Assembly (NCBI RefSeq): GCF_001194135.2
Contig: NC_068996.1
Coordinates: 24,852,895-24,899,742 of the forward strand
Source: Octopus bimaculoides
Lineage: Eukaryota
Reading direction: 5' to 3'
DNA: 46,848 bases
The translations under genes and the position numbers were made by a program. Below the pieces are notes generated by a model. The model did not search any database. It saw only the letters and a list, made by a program, of their open reading frames with translations, and had not been told where the DNA came from. Below, piece by piece: positions 1 to 11,987 of this stretch (positions are counted from its first letter, which is position 1; each line of letters begins with the position of its first letter).

Positions 1-49
1 TATATATATACATATGTATATGTGTATATAAATTTATTTTGCAATCCTC

Positions 50-192
50 ACTAGTACTGGTATCACAAAAAAGCACCCAGCCACAGAAAGCATGTTAAAG
101 TAGACATAGATGCATAATAGTTCTATCTTTCATCACACCCGTTTGAACTATCCAGTGAGCCAGCATGGAAGCTGGATGTGAAATGATGATTA
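50..192 (+). mobile_element. Decayed 3' end of a SINE/LINE-type retroelement ending in an (ATG)n-like tail
   Basis: aaaaaagcacccag...gccagcatggaagctggatgtgaaatgatgat; a similar tail (ccatgcgagcatggaaaac) recurs near 18870-18900. Boundaries approximate. Confidence 0.5.
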
Positions 193-1703
193 TGATTCTT
201 TTATTACTAGCCATCTGAATTATAAACATGGTTGTACATGTGTCAAGAGTCTTGTTTGTATAAACAATAGTGAATTAATTTAGAATATTTTACTTTTAGG
301 AGACAAGACTTATGCAAACATATTAGTGATTAATATAGGAAATTCATCAACCATTAGATTAATTTCATGGTTGATTGATTGTAATGTTTTAAAATTTCAA
401 TATAGTTCACATTGTTTTTATATGCCATTTTTTAATCTTTCAATATTTTCCTCTTTTAATTAGATTTCTGTAATTTGTTTCCACATTTTGTAATCAGTTA
501 AACATGCTCTCTCCACATGAATACCAATCCTCTGCCGCAATTTCCACGTGTTGTACACATAATTACTTTTTCACCTTTCTATCCCAATCCTCTCTGCCTT
601 TTAACATAATCCTTCTGTTCTATTTTATTAGCTTTATAACTTTTATTCTCTGTATGTGTACCTGTTTTTTTTGTTTGTTTTTTTTTTAAAAATATCTTTT
701 TCATACTCATTCTTCCTTTCTGCATGAGCTTGTTCTTTGTATACATTTCTTAACCATTCCATTTGCCTCTTATATACCTTTTTATGTACTCATGCTCAGC
801 TGCTCAACTGTTTTCCTGGGATGGGTGATTTCACTAACCATTGATTTTTTCCATGTTTTTTTTTTTTTCTATCTTTAGCTATTTTGTAACTTTTCTTCAA
901 CTTGTACCTGCTTTAAATTTTGTCTCGCGTACATCATTTTCTTCGCTGTTTCCCTCTCTTTTTTTTTTTTTACTTCCATTCTTCTCCCTCACATTCACAT
1001 CCCACTTGACTTCGCTCTTCCCCAGCCAACCACCTGCACCCCCACACCACTTATTCCCTACTATACCCTTCTCCCTAAAAAGGTACTCTTCTTTACATGC
1101 ACACAAATCACCACCATTTCCTTTGTTCTTAACTCCTGTAGAACTGCATACCCACCCAGCCCCTATCTGTTCTTCTCTCTCTCCTCCTTTCCATCACTTT
1201 TCTCTTTTTACTGATCAAGAACTCTATCCAAAACGTCTGAAACCCTTTTCTTTTTTCTTCTCAAGCATGAAACTAATAATGCCTTTGTGGAAACTTGCCC
1301 CTCTTGTCTTTTCTTGTTTTTGTCCATATATATATATATATATATATATATTGGTTTATGTCAAATGAAATGTAGAGGATGTGGTTTTTTTTTTAATTCA
1401 AACTGAAACTAAGAGTCTGTGCTGCACACACACATATACACACACACACACTCTGAAATTTTTACTTAAAAAGATAAATACATAAAAAGCAAAGACAATC
1501 TATAGATTAAAGAAATTTTTTGCTGTCATTATTTTGCTACTTGATATTTCCATAATAATATTATTTACTAAGGTTGTGCCATCAGTATTACAAGAACTGA
1601 TATTTTATTTTTGTAGCTTTTAAATATTTAAAACAAAGGGAGAAAAAAAAACATGAAAAGAAAAGAAAGCCAAAAACATTGTGCAATTCCAATATGTCTG
1701 ATT

Positions 1704-1751
1704 TTAGTGCTTTCCCTGGCCATGTCCCTCTTCCTGCTTCTTATTTCTTAA
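1704..1751 (-). CDS. Candidate terminal exon, phase 0, LRNKKQEEGHGQGKH*
   Basis: Strong minus-strand acceptor (ttttttgtttttttttgttttgcag|TTA) followed by 15 codons and TAA; no homology recognised. Confidence 0.25.
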   Translation of the reverse strand, partial: LRNKKQEEGHGQGKH

Positions 1752-1777
1752 CTGCAAAACAAAAAAAAACAAAAAAT

Positions 1778-1905
1778 TTACATGTCTTTAAAATGTGACC
1801 CGGTGTAGGAGTGGTTGAGAATGCTAAGGTTTCCTCTCTTGTCTGTTGATGAAATAGATCGCCTGATGTATTCTGATGTAGATTTCTTTGGCAATATCCT
1901 CAACC
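1778..1905 (-). CDS. Candidate exon (LRILPKKSTSEYIRRSISSTDKRGNLSILNHSYTGSHFKDM* if phase 1)
   Basis: GC-balanced island in AT-rich DNA that begins exactly at a strong acceptor (tttttgtttttgtag|GG); 41 open codons to TAA. Product not recognised. Confidence 0.35.
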
Positions 1906-2007
1906 CTACAAAAACAAAAAAGAAACTTGGTTCTTAAATATGAAATTGATATTTTAAGAAATGATAAATAAGTGTAATGCATTTTAAATATACTGTTTGT
2001 CAATTAA

Positions 2008-2204
2008 TTAACACTTTAACATTCAGAATACTCTGTAAAATGTAATGCTTATTCACATTGTTTTGAATTAATCATGCATTGTCTCGTAGCTTTGAGATTT
2101 TGATGATGTGATTATCTATCTTTAGAATGACTTGTAGGTAGGTTTGAACATAAAACAAGATATTTTAGCTTGTTATGTGCCAGTTTGAATGCTAAAAGGT
2201 TTAA
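2008..2204. mobile_element. piggyBac-like MITE (TTAA-flanked)
   Basis: Ends ttaa-cactttaacattcaga ... tttgaatgctaaaaggt-ttaa are imperfect inverted repeats with TTAA on both sides. Confidence 0.7.
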
Positions 2205-3009
2205 AGATGACATTTGATAGAGGTAACTTTCAGAACTCTGAAGAAAAAAAATATATGTAAATGATGAAAAAAATACCCTAAAATTTTAAGGGTTTATAAA
2301 AAGTACTGGTTAAATAAATGTGTTGAAGTTTTTAGTGTTCAAGAGAAAAAATAGTTGTTGAATAAATACCCTAACATCTTGACAGTTCATAAAAATATAC
2401 CTGATATCAAATACTTTAGAAGTAGACAAAAGAATCCAAAATTCTCTTAACAAGATACTGAAAGAAATAATACATCTCTATTGATTTTCATTGGCTTCAA
2501 TAGATTTGTGTTCATAGAAATGCACCATTGTAGATAAACTTATTTACTACTTTTTAGCTTGAGTTCCATTACAGATATGGTTTTGTTGAAAAGGTTGTAT
2601 TTCCAAAAATATTACAAACAAAAAGGCAAAAGACTGTCAAAAAAGAAAAACACTTCTTTTTTAGTATGAAATGAAGTTTTAAGGAGCATTCATTGTCTCC
2701 CCAAACATTAAGATTTTTTTTAAGAGATAAGCATTTGCTCCGCAAGTCTGCTTCAACAGATTTTCTTACTCAAAACTCCCTTTTTTATACCCATTTAGTG
2801 AGAAATTTATCATAAATGTCTTTTATATTAGTAGTACTTTGAATGTTTCATATATGGTTTATATCTAAACACCCTAGTTCACTTTGGAATGGTATTTTTA
2901 CTTCCTTTTAGTACCATCTGATTGATAGAAGAGGCTCTTAGTGACTTCCATGACAAGTGCTGTGCTCTTGTCTGGACTTTTTGTGAGAGTATACAAAAGT
3001 AGTTTTCCG

Positions 3010-3250
3010 TTTCCTTCTTTGGAAGATTTATCAATTCTGGAATGACAAAAGGCTAAGTTGACCTTGGCTCAGTTTGAACTCAGAGCAAATTGAGCTGGAA
3101 TAAATACCAATGCTCTAATACTCTAACAATTCTGCCAATCCACCAGCCTGCACTGGTATTCATTTTATTGACCATAGTGGGATTTGAACTCAGAACAAAT
3201 TATACAAAGCATTTTATCTAATACCCCTAATGACTATCAATTCACTACCA
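3010..3250 (-). mobile_element. Two decayed reverse-orientation copies of the tRNA-derived SINE that forms the 3790-6125 array
   Basis: tttgaactcaga and aattctgccaatccaccagcct are reverse complements of the family's B-box and head motifs. Confidence 0.6.
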
Positions 3251-3789
3251 TTATTGTTACCTTTTCGTTCTGTCAGATACTTCATGATCATGCCAAGGCA
3301 TATTTTTGTCATAATTTTAACCATCATCAGCAGCAGCATTGTCTACTGAACACTGACCAGTCTCTTATGAAAACAATATGCTACACAGATGTCATGTTTC
3401 CATTGTTCATCAGCTTTCCACAACAATTACTACAAGATGAAAGTATTTTATGCTTCTTGTTTTTTGTTGATATTGTTATTGAATTTTACCTTTCTTTCTA
3501 AAAGCATCAAGATATATATCAGTTATTTATTTGGATTGAAGAACTTGACATGTCCTCCTTTAAAATAAGTCCCTCCCTCACCCTTCCCCACAAAATGTGG
3601 TTTCTGTTTATGTTAGAAATCATCAGTTTCTTCATTGACAGTCCTCTTCTCAGGGGACTATCATAACTTTGTGTTCTACATATAACACTTGTTTTTTGTT
3701 TTTTTTTAACACCTTTTTGAATTTATTTGATTTCTGTTTAACTTTCACATCTTTTTGTAACTTATCCCTTTAATGATTTCTCATCTGCA

Positions 3790-5860
3790 GCCCTTGTGGC
3801 AAATATTTATTATGTTCTGAGCTCATATTCTGCTTAGATCAACTTTGCCTTTCATCTCTCTCGGTTTAATAAAAATAATGTACCAATCAATTACTGGAGA
3901 TGATGGTATCAGTTTACCTCTCCTCTCAAAATTGCTGGCTTGAGCCTAAATTAGAAACCATTATCATTATCATCATTATTATTATTATTATTATGAGCTA
4001 GCAGAATCGTTAGCAGACTGGACGAATGCTTAGCGGTATTTTGCCTGTTGATATATTCTGAGTTCTGCCAAGGTCAACTTTGCCTTTCATCCTTTCAGGG
4101 TCAATAAATTAAGTACCAGTGTAACACTGGGGTTGATGTAATTGACTAATCCCTTATCCAAAAATTTCAGGCCTTGCACCTTTAGGAGAAAGGATTATTA
4201 TTATTATTATCATTGAGTGAGAGAGCAGTGCATGCCATCAAAGTGAAACTGGAATAAAATATACGAAGCCCAGTATGCCCATCATGACTACCCGTTTGAT
4301 AAGGGTACACCAGGCACATGCATCACAACCATATGTGCGTGACATTGTGATCTCATTGAGATTAACAGTGCATGACCTTGCAGGTGGGGCCCAGTTAGAA
4401 TTTTCTTCAGGTCAAGTGGCCTGTCACACTCAAAACGTTCCTGAATAAAGGTCATTTAAGGATGTTGAGCAAAACACCCATGTTTCCAAAGGTGAATTAT
4501 TCAAACCCCAAAGAATTCCTCTCAACACATGGCTATGATGCTCCCCCACTACTTTTGACTCATGATCAGAGAAGCACATATCATCAGCCACCAAGGAACA
4601 TGCCCAACTGGTTAAGGTCAAACAACCAACAAGCAAATCTGTAGTATTGAGCAAAATATTTGCTGTAGCCCATCTTTTATACTAAGACAAAACAATGTAC
4701 ATGATAACACTTCCAATCAGTTAAGATCAGAAGCCATGAGAACCACTGCTTGGTACTGCATCTATTATCATCATCATTATTATCATCATTATTATTATTT
4801 AAGGTAGCGAGCTGGCAGAGCACCCAGACTTTCATGCTGGGTGAAATGCTTAGCGGCATCTCACTCGTTGCTACATTCTGCCTTCAAACTCTGCTGAGGT
4901 TGACTTTGCCTTTCATCCTTTCAGGGTCAATATGATTGACTATCCCTCTCCCATCAAATTCCAGGTCATGTGCCTATAGTAGAAAGGATTATTATTATTA
5001 TTAGTTAGGTAGTGTGCTGGTAGCATGCTGGCAAAATGCTTAGTGGCATTTTGTCTGTCTTTATGTTCTAAGTTCTAATTTTGCCAAGGATGAGTTTGAT
5101 TCCCATCCCTTCGGGGTTGATAAAATAAGTACCAGTCAAGTACTGGGGTTGATGTAATCAACTATCCCTCTCTCCCAAAATATATATCAGGCCTTGTACC
5201 TGTAGTATAAAAGATTATATTTACTATTATTAAGCCAGCGATCTGGCAGAATTGTTAGTACTTTGGACAAAATGCTTTGCAGCATTTTTTCCAGTTCTTT
5301 ACACCTTGAGGTCAAATCCTGCCAAAGTCAACTTTGCCTTTCATGTTTGGTAAAATAAAGTACCAGTCAAATACTACAGTCATTGTAATCAACTACCTCC
5401 TTCTCTCAAAATTTCAGCCCCTGTGCCTTTATTAGAAAGGATTATTATGATTTCACTATGGTGGTGAGTTGGCAGAATTGTTAGCATACCAGACCAGAGT
5501 TCTTAGCAGCATCTTATCTGCCTCTATATTCTGAGTTCAAATTTCACCAAGGTCAGCTTTGCCTTTCATCCTTTCGGGTCAAAAAAATAAGTACCAGTTG
5601 AGTAGTAGGGTTGATGTAATTGACTTACCCCTCCCCCTAAATTTCAGGCCTTGTGCCTATAGTAGAATGAATTATCATTATCACAGGCAAAATGCTTAGC
5701 AGTATTTCATCTGTTTTTACAATCTGAGTTCAAATTCTGCCAAGGTTGACTTCACCTTTCGTCCTTTCAGGGTCGATAAACTAAGTACCAGTTGTGTACT
5801 GGGGTCGATGTAATCGACTGTCTCCTTCCTCAAATTTCAGGCCTTGTGCCTATTGTAGAA

Positions 5861-5913
<53 letters not shown>

Positions 5914-6125
5914 GGCAACAGGCTGGCAAAGCCAGTAGCATGCCAGACAAAATACTCAGTAGCACCTTGTTTGAGTTCAAATTCTGCCATGGTCAATTTT
6001 GCCTTTCATCCTTTCAGCATTGATAAGATAGTCAATTACTGGGGGTTGATGTAATTGACTTCACACTTCCCTCAAAAACTGCTGGCCCTGTGCCAAAATT
6101 TGAAACTATTATTATCATTATTGAG
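3790..6125 (+). mobile_element. Head-to-tail array of about 8 copies of a 200-230 bp tRNA-derived SINE, each ending in (ATT)n
   Basis: Repeated order in each copy: head gagctggcagaat(c)gttagca (A-box-like), ctgagttcaaattc (B-box-like), tttgcctttcatcc, aagtaccag, ggggt(t/c)gatgtaat, ggccttgtgcc, then an ATT tail. Approximate starts 3800, 3994, 4801, 5005, 5232, 5460, 5683, 5913. Confidence 0.9.
4215..4762 (-). mobile_element. About 550-bp non-coding retro-type repeat inserted into the (ATT)n tail of a SINE copy
   Basis: GC-richer block unrelated to the array unit, with ATT/ATC repeats on both sides; on the minus strand it ends in an (AAT)n tail. Confidence 0.6.
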
Positions 6126-6129
6126 ACAC

Positions 6130-6698
6130 CAGATAAAATGTTATTTACACTTTTGTTACTCTATTTCTGTTGAAGTACAATTAATTTTGAAAATATAATG
6201 TAGTGAAATGTCTTTGTTATTATTAAACTGGGTGTTTGAAACATAAATTAATATGAAATTTTTAATGGAAGATTTTAATTTAGAACACTTTAACCTTTTT
6301 GTTGCTATATTTCTGTTGAAATACACTTTCTTTTAATTAATTTTGAAAATGATGAAGAATTTAGTCAAATAACTTATTTGGAACATATTAGCATGAACTT
6401 TTGATGGAATGTTTTAATTTAGACCAATTAAAAACAAACTATTTGTGTCATAGAACTGGCACTGAAAGGTTTAGCCCTTTCGTTACCGTATTTATTTTGA
6501 GATGCTCTGTGTTTTTATGATTTACTTTAAATATAACAAAGAATTTAGTAAAATAACTTAGTTATCATTAAGCTAGTGTTAGGAACATTAATTGTGACTA
6601 AGGTTTGGTGGAAGATTTTAATTCAAAACTTATGCAAACAAGACATTTGTACTCAGAGCCAGAGCCGGTTTCAGCCGGGTTGGTAACGAAAGGTTTAA
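6130..6698. mobile_element. Tandem piggyBac-like MITEs; youngest copy 6471-6698
   Basis: 6471 ttag-ccctttcgttacc ... ggtaacgaaaggt-ttaa 6698 TIR pair; two older related units at 6130-6470 share internal motifs (gaagaatttagt, aacataaattaa, gattttaatttag). Confidence 0.75.
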
Positions 6699-6974
6699 GG
6701 ATTGTTGGAATTAGAATAACATCACAGAGGACATTTTACAATATAGTAGCAGTCTTTTAATATAGTATCAGATTAATGTCTCGTGTTTGTGTCGGGCAGA
6801 ATGTCTTGTGGTATTGTGGTTGACAGAATGTCTTGCTATACAGCACCAAACAGAATATTTAATTTTATAGCATCAGTTATAACTGTCTTGTATCATTGTG
6901 AGAATGTTCATATGGCAGGAATGGTAGTGCTAGATTAAATACCATTTAAGATGGTATATCATCAAATAAAGTGT

Positions 6975-7745
6975 CCAGCATTTTTTTGTTACAATCTTTT
7001 ATGTTCTGAGGTCCAAATCTCATCAAGATCATCTTTATCTTTCCATCTCCCGGTGTCAATAAAATAGAATGAAAAAGCAGTAATGTATTGGGGAGTTCAA
7101 GTAATTAACTGTTCCCTCCCCACAAAATTTGTGCTTATGTCAGAAAGCATTGTTATTTGTTGCCTTAGTTGGTAAAGACAGAATTGGTAGAGCATCAAAT
7201 AAAAATGCAGTATCTAGGTTGTCTTTGTTTTTCACTCTCCTGGGGTGGGATTAATAAACTGGAGTCTATTTAATCAGTTGTCCACCCCACGTGTGTGACC
7301 ATGTGCCTACGTTAGAAACCATTATTATTAAGGTGGTGAGCTGGTTGAATTGTTACTACGCTGGGCAAAATGCTGCTAAGCATTTTGTCCATCTTTGTTC
7401 TGAGCTCAAATTCTGCTGAGGTCAACTTTGCCTTTCATCCTTTTTGGAGTCAATAAAATAAGTACCAGTTGAGTACTGGGGTCAATGTAATCAACTTAAC
7501 CCTTCTCCCAAATTGCTGGCCTTGTGTCAAAATTTGAAATCATCATCATCATCATTATTATTATTATTGCAAGAATCGTTAAAGTGTTAGAAAACATGCT
7601 ATGTAGCATTTGTCTCTTCACTTTCATCCTTTCTGGGTCGATAAAATAAGTACCAGTTGAGCACTGGGGTCCATTTCATTGACTTATATTTTCTCCTCAA
7701 AATTGCTAGCCTTGTACTAAAATTAGGAAAAAATTTTTGTTTTAT
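6975..7745 (+). mobile_element. Second cluster (about 4 copies) of the ATT-tailed tRNA-derived SINE
   Basis: Same motifs: ggtggtgagctgg, ctgagctcaaattctgctgaggtcaactttgcctttcatcc, aaataagtaccagttgag. Confidence 0.8.
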
Positions 7746-9337
7746 TATAAAGCCTGTACATTCTAATTTAATTATCAGGGTTGTTATCTTGAGGTTTGAC
7801 AACAAGTCTCCTCAAATTTCAAGAATCTTTTTTAGGATTCTTACAGGATGGTACTTTTCTGCAGACCAAGAATGTGAATCTTGATTCCAATATCTCTCAT
7901 TTTTTTAAGTAGCAGTTAGGGTAGTATGCCAAGTGCATCACTTACCACTGGAATAAATGTTGGACCATAGAGATGGTTGCATCCAAAATATAGCCTCACT
8001 AGGTTAGTCAAAATTCTTTACATTCACCTCTTTTTGGCTTAAATCAAATTCAGGGTCAACTTTATTCCTTTCTGTGTCTCTGGAGTTCACAAATCAAATA
8101 AGAAATCCATGCTATTTAGTTGTTTTTGAAGAAGTTTTCTTTTTTTTTTTTTACTTGATTTAAATTATTAATATTTTTTGCTAGATATCATTCCTTTTCT
8201 TAAATCTTAAAGCATTTTACTAACATAGCAATCCTTTTACTAAATTTTTACATATCTTTTCTAACTTATTAATTACTTTATTAATTGATTGACCATATTG
8301 CTATCTTGTCAATAACTTAACAATATTTTCACTAAATTATCAATTGAATTATCTACCGTATCAATAATTTTACTAAAATGCACCAAATCATTTACTATCT
8401 TAATAGTTTTGTGAAATTATTGATCCTTTCACTAAATATATCAATTGTGGATTGATTTACTATATTATCAGCGATTCTAGAACTCTTAATGAATTAAAAA
8501 TGAATATGAAATATAATTAAGAATATCTAGTAAAGAAAATTTAATGTGTTCTTTCTTTTAAAGGCATTTAGTTAAGGGAAAGACATTTTCATTCTGCCTC
8601 ACCTTCTGTTTGTCTGTCTCTCTCTCTTTCTCTTCTGAAGTCAGTTTACTCTACCCTTCTGTTTCTTTCACTCTATCTTTTATTAATTTTATCTAATGTA
8701 CTCTCTGTCACATTTTCTGTCTGTCTCCCCCTTTTATTTGTTTTTAATGAAGTCTACTTGCCCTTCTACCTCCCTCTCTTTCTATACATATATAATTTTG
8801 ATGTCTATCAACCCTTTTTCCACCACCACTCTCTCTCACTTGCCCTTCTTTCTTCATTTCCATGTCTTATAAGACACTTTCCTCTACAGAGTCCGTCCTT
8901 AAGGAAAAAAGAGATTGAAACTAAAAGATAATAGTTACTCTCTCCCTCCACCAGTACAAATATTACTTGGAAATGTTTCTCATATGTGCAACTAATATCT
9001 AATGGTTAATAATATTAATAATAATAATAATTTTTCTAATCCAGCTCCTTTTATTTTGTTCTATCTCAGGAACATGTCAAAGTTTTGATTACAAATTTAT
9101 TGCACTGCTAGCAAGTTATACAAGCTATAGTTTTAATAACATTATGTTGAAAATTTTATTTTCTTCCCCCAAAATAAGTGTCCATTTCCTACCTGAAACA
9201 ATGACATTTCAGTGGCCAATATATTATTACTTATACTTGAAGTTTAAAGTATATTTATGTGTGTGTGTGTGTGTGTGTTTGTGTTGAGTTCTAACATCAG
9301 GTTGTTAGTATTGTTATGTCCAGGTGAAATCTTAAAA

Positions 9338-9374
<37 letters not shown>

Positions 9375-9419
9375 GCATGCGTATATATGTATGTATCTAT
9401 GCATCTACATAGGTATATA

Positions 9420-9650
9420 CAAATGTATGTGTGTATGTTTGTACCCCACCACTACTTGACAACTGATGTTGGTGTGTTCAAGTCCCCATAACTTAGCAGT
9501 TCAGCCGAAGAGAACCAATAGCATAACTACCAGGCTTTACAAAAAAAAATAAAAAGGTCTGGGGTCAATTTGTTTGACTAAACCCTTCAAAGAAGTGCCC
9601 CAGCATGGCTGAAGTCCAATTACTATAACATGTAAGAGATAAAAGATATG
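9420..9650 (+). mobile_element. 3' half of a SINE family with an internal TA/TG microsatellite
   Basis: ccccaccactacttgacaactgatgttggtgtgtt...ctggggtcaatttgtttgactaaa...cccagcatggctg; homologous to 44703-44940. Confidence 0.7.
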
Positions 9651-9869
9651 TATATGTATTTACTTATATGTATGTGCATGTTATGAGACCTCACATGACT
9701 AGCTTGTCCAAATCCAGATTTGCTAATTCTATGAGATCTCAAGACATCATTTACTAATTGAAGTGATAGCCATATTCTATAAAGAAATGGCAGTCATCAT
9801 TTGTATGTATTATATGTATATATCTACTATATACATGTCTTTCTTGCTGTATATATATATGTACATATA

Positions 9870-10419
9870 CAGATTTATTCAAAAAGAATGAATTGATTTC
9901 ATTACGCAATGTTTTAATAAGGAAAAGCAATAGAAAACTCCAGCTGAGTCACAAGTATTTACTCACAATCAATTTTTATTTCCTGTCTTACAAGTGTTCA
10001 GTGTGGCCACCACCTGCAACATGGGCAACATCAATGCGATAAGAGAATTCCTCCCAGACGCGTATCAGCATATTATGATCCACCGAGTTGATTGCTGTTG
10101 TTATTCAATGTTTAGGTCATCAAGGTTAATGAGTAGCAGTGGAATGTAAACGCGATCTTTTACATATCCTCACAAGAAAAAAAATCACACAACAGCAATC
10201 AGCTCAGAGGATTGTGATATGCTGATACGCGTCCAGGAGGAATTCTCTTACCACATTGATGTTGCCTGTGCTGCAGGTGGTGGCCACATTGAAAACTTGT
10301 AAGAAAGGAAATAAAAATTGATCGTGAGTAAATACTTGTGACTTAGATGGAGTTTTCTATTGCTTTTCCTTATTAAAATATTGCGTAATGAAATCAGTTC
10401 ATTCTTTATGAATAATATG
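9870..10419. mobile_element. 550-bp Tc1/mariner-type MITE with about 235-bp terminal inverted repeats, TA-flanked
   Basis: Left arm 9870 to about 10103 is the reverse complement of right arm about 10190-10419 (e.g. gtggccaccacctgca / tgcaggtggtggccac; acgcgtatcagcat / atgctgatacgcgt); TA at 9868-9869 and 10420-10421. Confidence 0.9.
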
Positions 10420-10489
10420 TATATACATATATATGTGTGTGTGTATTGTCATGTTGGACCACTGAACTCAGCACTTTTTTTATTCTCTC

Positions 10490-10638
10490 TCTATTTCCGC
10501 TTATTCCTTTTTGTTGAAGAGTGTAGGCTTGAAACGCAAAAGACTTTTCCATTTTTTCCTGAGTGTGAAACTAATACACTTGCTTGTTGTTCCTACACCT
10601 GTCTTTATCTTTATTTTTCTATAAATTTGAACTATATT

Positions 10639-10640
<2 letters not shown>
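10490..10640 (+). mobile_element. Decayed Penelope-like terminal fragment with a degenerate hammerhead-like core
   Basis: ttgaaga-gtgtaggctt-gaaa-cg at 10514-10536, followed by aaactaatacac...acacctgtc; the downstream part recurs at 17580-17670. Confidence 0.4.
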
Positions 10641-10670
<30 letters not shown>

Positions 10671-10860
10671 NNNNNNNNNNNNNNNNNNNNNNNNNNNNNN
10701 NNNNNNNNNNNNNNNNNNNNNNNNNNNNNNNNNNNNNNNNNNNNNNNNNNNNNNNNNNNNNNNNNNNNNNNNNNNNNNNNNNNNNNNNNNNNNNNNNNNN
10801 NNNNNNNNNNNNNNNNNNNNNNNNNNNNNNNNNNNNNNNNNNNNNNNNNNNNNNNNNNNN
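10671..10860. other. Assembly gap (N run) inside a TA repeat
   Basis: Ns flanked by (TA)n. Confidence 0.99.
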
Positions 10861-11178
10861 ATATATATTTATATGTATGTATGATGTATGTATGTATTAT
10901 GTATGTATGTGTGTATATATATATCTATATATGTATGTGTGTATGTATATGTGTATATATGTATGTATATGTGTATATATATGTATGTATAGAAATGTAT
11001 GTATATGTGTATATATATGTATGTATATGTGTGTATATATGTATGTATATGTCTGTATATATATGTGTATATATATGTATATGTGTGTATATATATGTAT
11101 ATATATTGTATATATATATATATATATTTATACATATTTATACATATACACATATATGTATGTGTATATATATATGTA
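10861..11178. repeat. TA/TG low-complexity microsatellite field
   Basis: Almost pure alternating TA/TG dinucleotides. Confidence 0.95.
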
Positions 11179-11465
11179 CTGGTACATGGTGTCCTTAAAT
11201 TACCTTTACAATTAAAAAAGCAAATTTGGAAAAAAAATGAAAAATAAGGATAACTCGAGTTTATTGGAAAATGTAGGCAAACAAATAAAATTTCATAAGA
11301 GACATCAAAAGACTTCTATGTGGTTGCCTCCATCACCTGCAAAGGAGTTGGTTGATTCATAGTTAGTTGGTTTATTGATTTAATGGATTGTGAAAGTTGT
11401 AAAGATAATTTACGAACAACCTGTGTGTTTGTATATATGCGTACATACATACAAACATACATACA

Positions 11466-11496
<31 letters not shown>

Positions 11497-11526
11497 GTAC
11501 ATATGTATATATATATATATATATAT

Positions 11527-11982
11527 NNNNNNNNNNNNNNNNNNNNNNNNNNNNNNNNNNNNNNNNNNNNNNNNNNNNNNNNNNNNNNNNNNNNNNNNNN
11601 NNNNNNNNNNNNNNNNNNNNNNNNNNNNNNNNNNNNNNNNNNNNNNNNNNNNNNNNNNNNNNNNNNNNNNNNNNNNNNNNNNNNNNNNNNNNNNNNNNNN
11701 NNNNNNNNNNNNNNNNNNNNNNNNNNNNNNNNNNNNNNNNNNNNNNNNNNNNNNNNNNNNNNNNNNNNNNNNNNNNNNNNNNNNNNNNNNNNNNNNNNNN
11801 NNNNNNNNNNNNNNNNNNNNNNNNNNNNNNNNNNNNNNNNNNNNNNNNNNNNNNNNNNNNNNNNNNNNNNNNNNNNNNNNNNNNNNNNNNNNNNNNNNNN
11901 NNNNNNNNNNNNNNNNNNNNNNNNNNNNNNNNNNNNNNNNNNNNNNNNNNNNNNNNNNNNNNNNNNNNNNNNNNNNNNNNNN
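11527..11982. other. Assembly gap (N run)
   Basis: Ns flanked by (TA)n. Confidence 0.99.
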
Positions 11983-11987
11983 ATATA

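Noticed and set aside
841-1368. 175-aa plus-strand ORF rich in F/S/P/L
   Set aside because: Product of a pyrimidine-rich low-complexity tract; non-ATG start and no recognisable motif.
1810-1935. Plus-strand reading EWLRMLRFPLLSVDEIDRLMYSDVDFFGNILNP resembling a BACK-domain RFPLLS motif
   Set aside because: No credible plus-strand acceptor or donor at the island edges, whereas the minus strand has a strong acceptor exactly at the boundary; likely the antisense shadow.
3790-6125. CRISPR-like or satellite interpretation of the regularly spaced repeats
   Set aside because: Units are whole diverged SINE copies of about 220 bp with Pol III boxes and tails, not short identical repeats with unique spacers; the context is eukaryotic.
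11305-11336. Phase-1 mini-exons starting with Gly and ending in hydrophobic, PDZ-like tails ([10 protein letters not shown] here; GDGREVL* at 22510)
   Set aside because: AG|GT followed by an early stop is common in AT-rich DNA, and the longer islands favour phase 0; kept only as an alternative reading.
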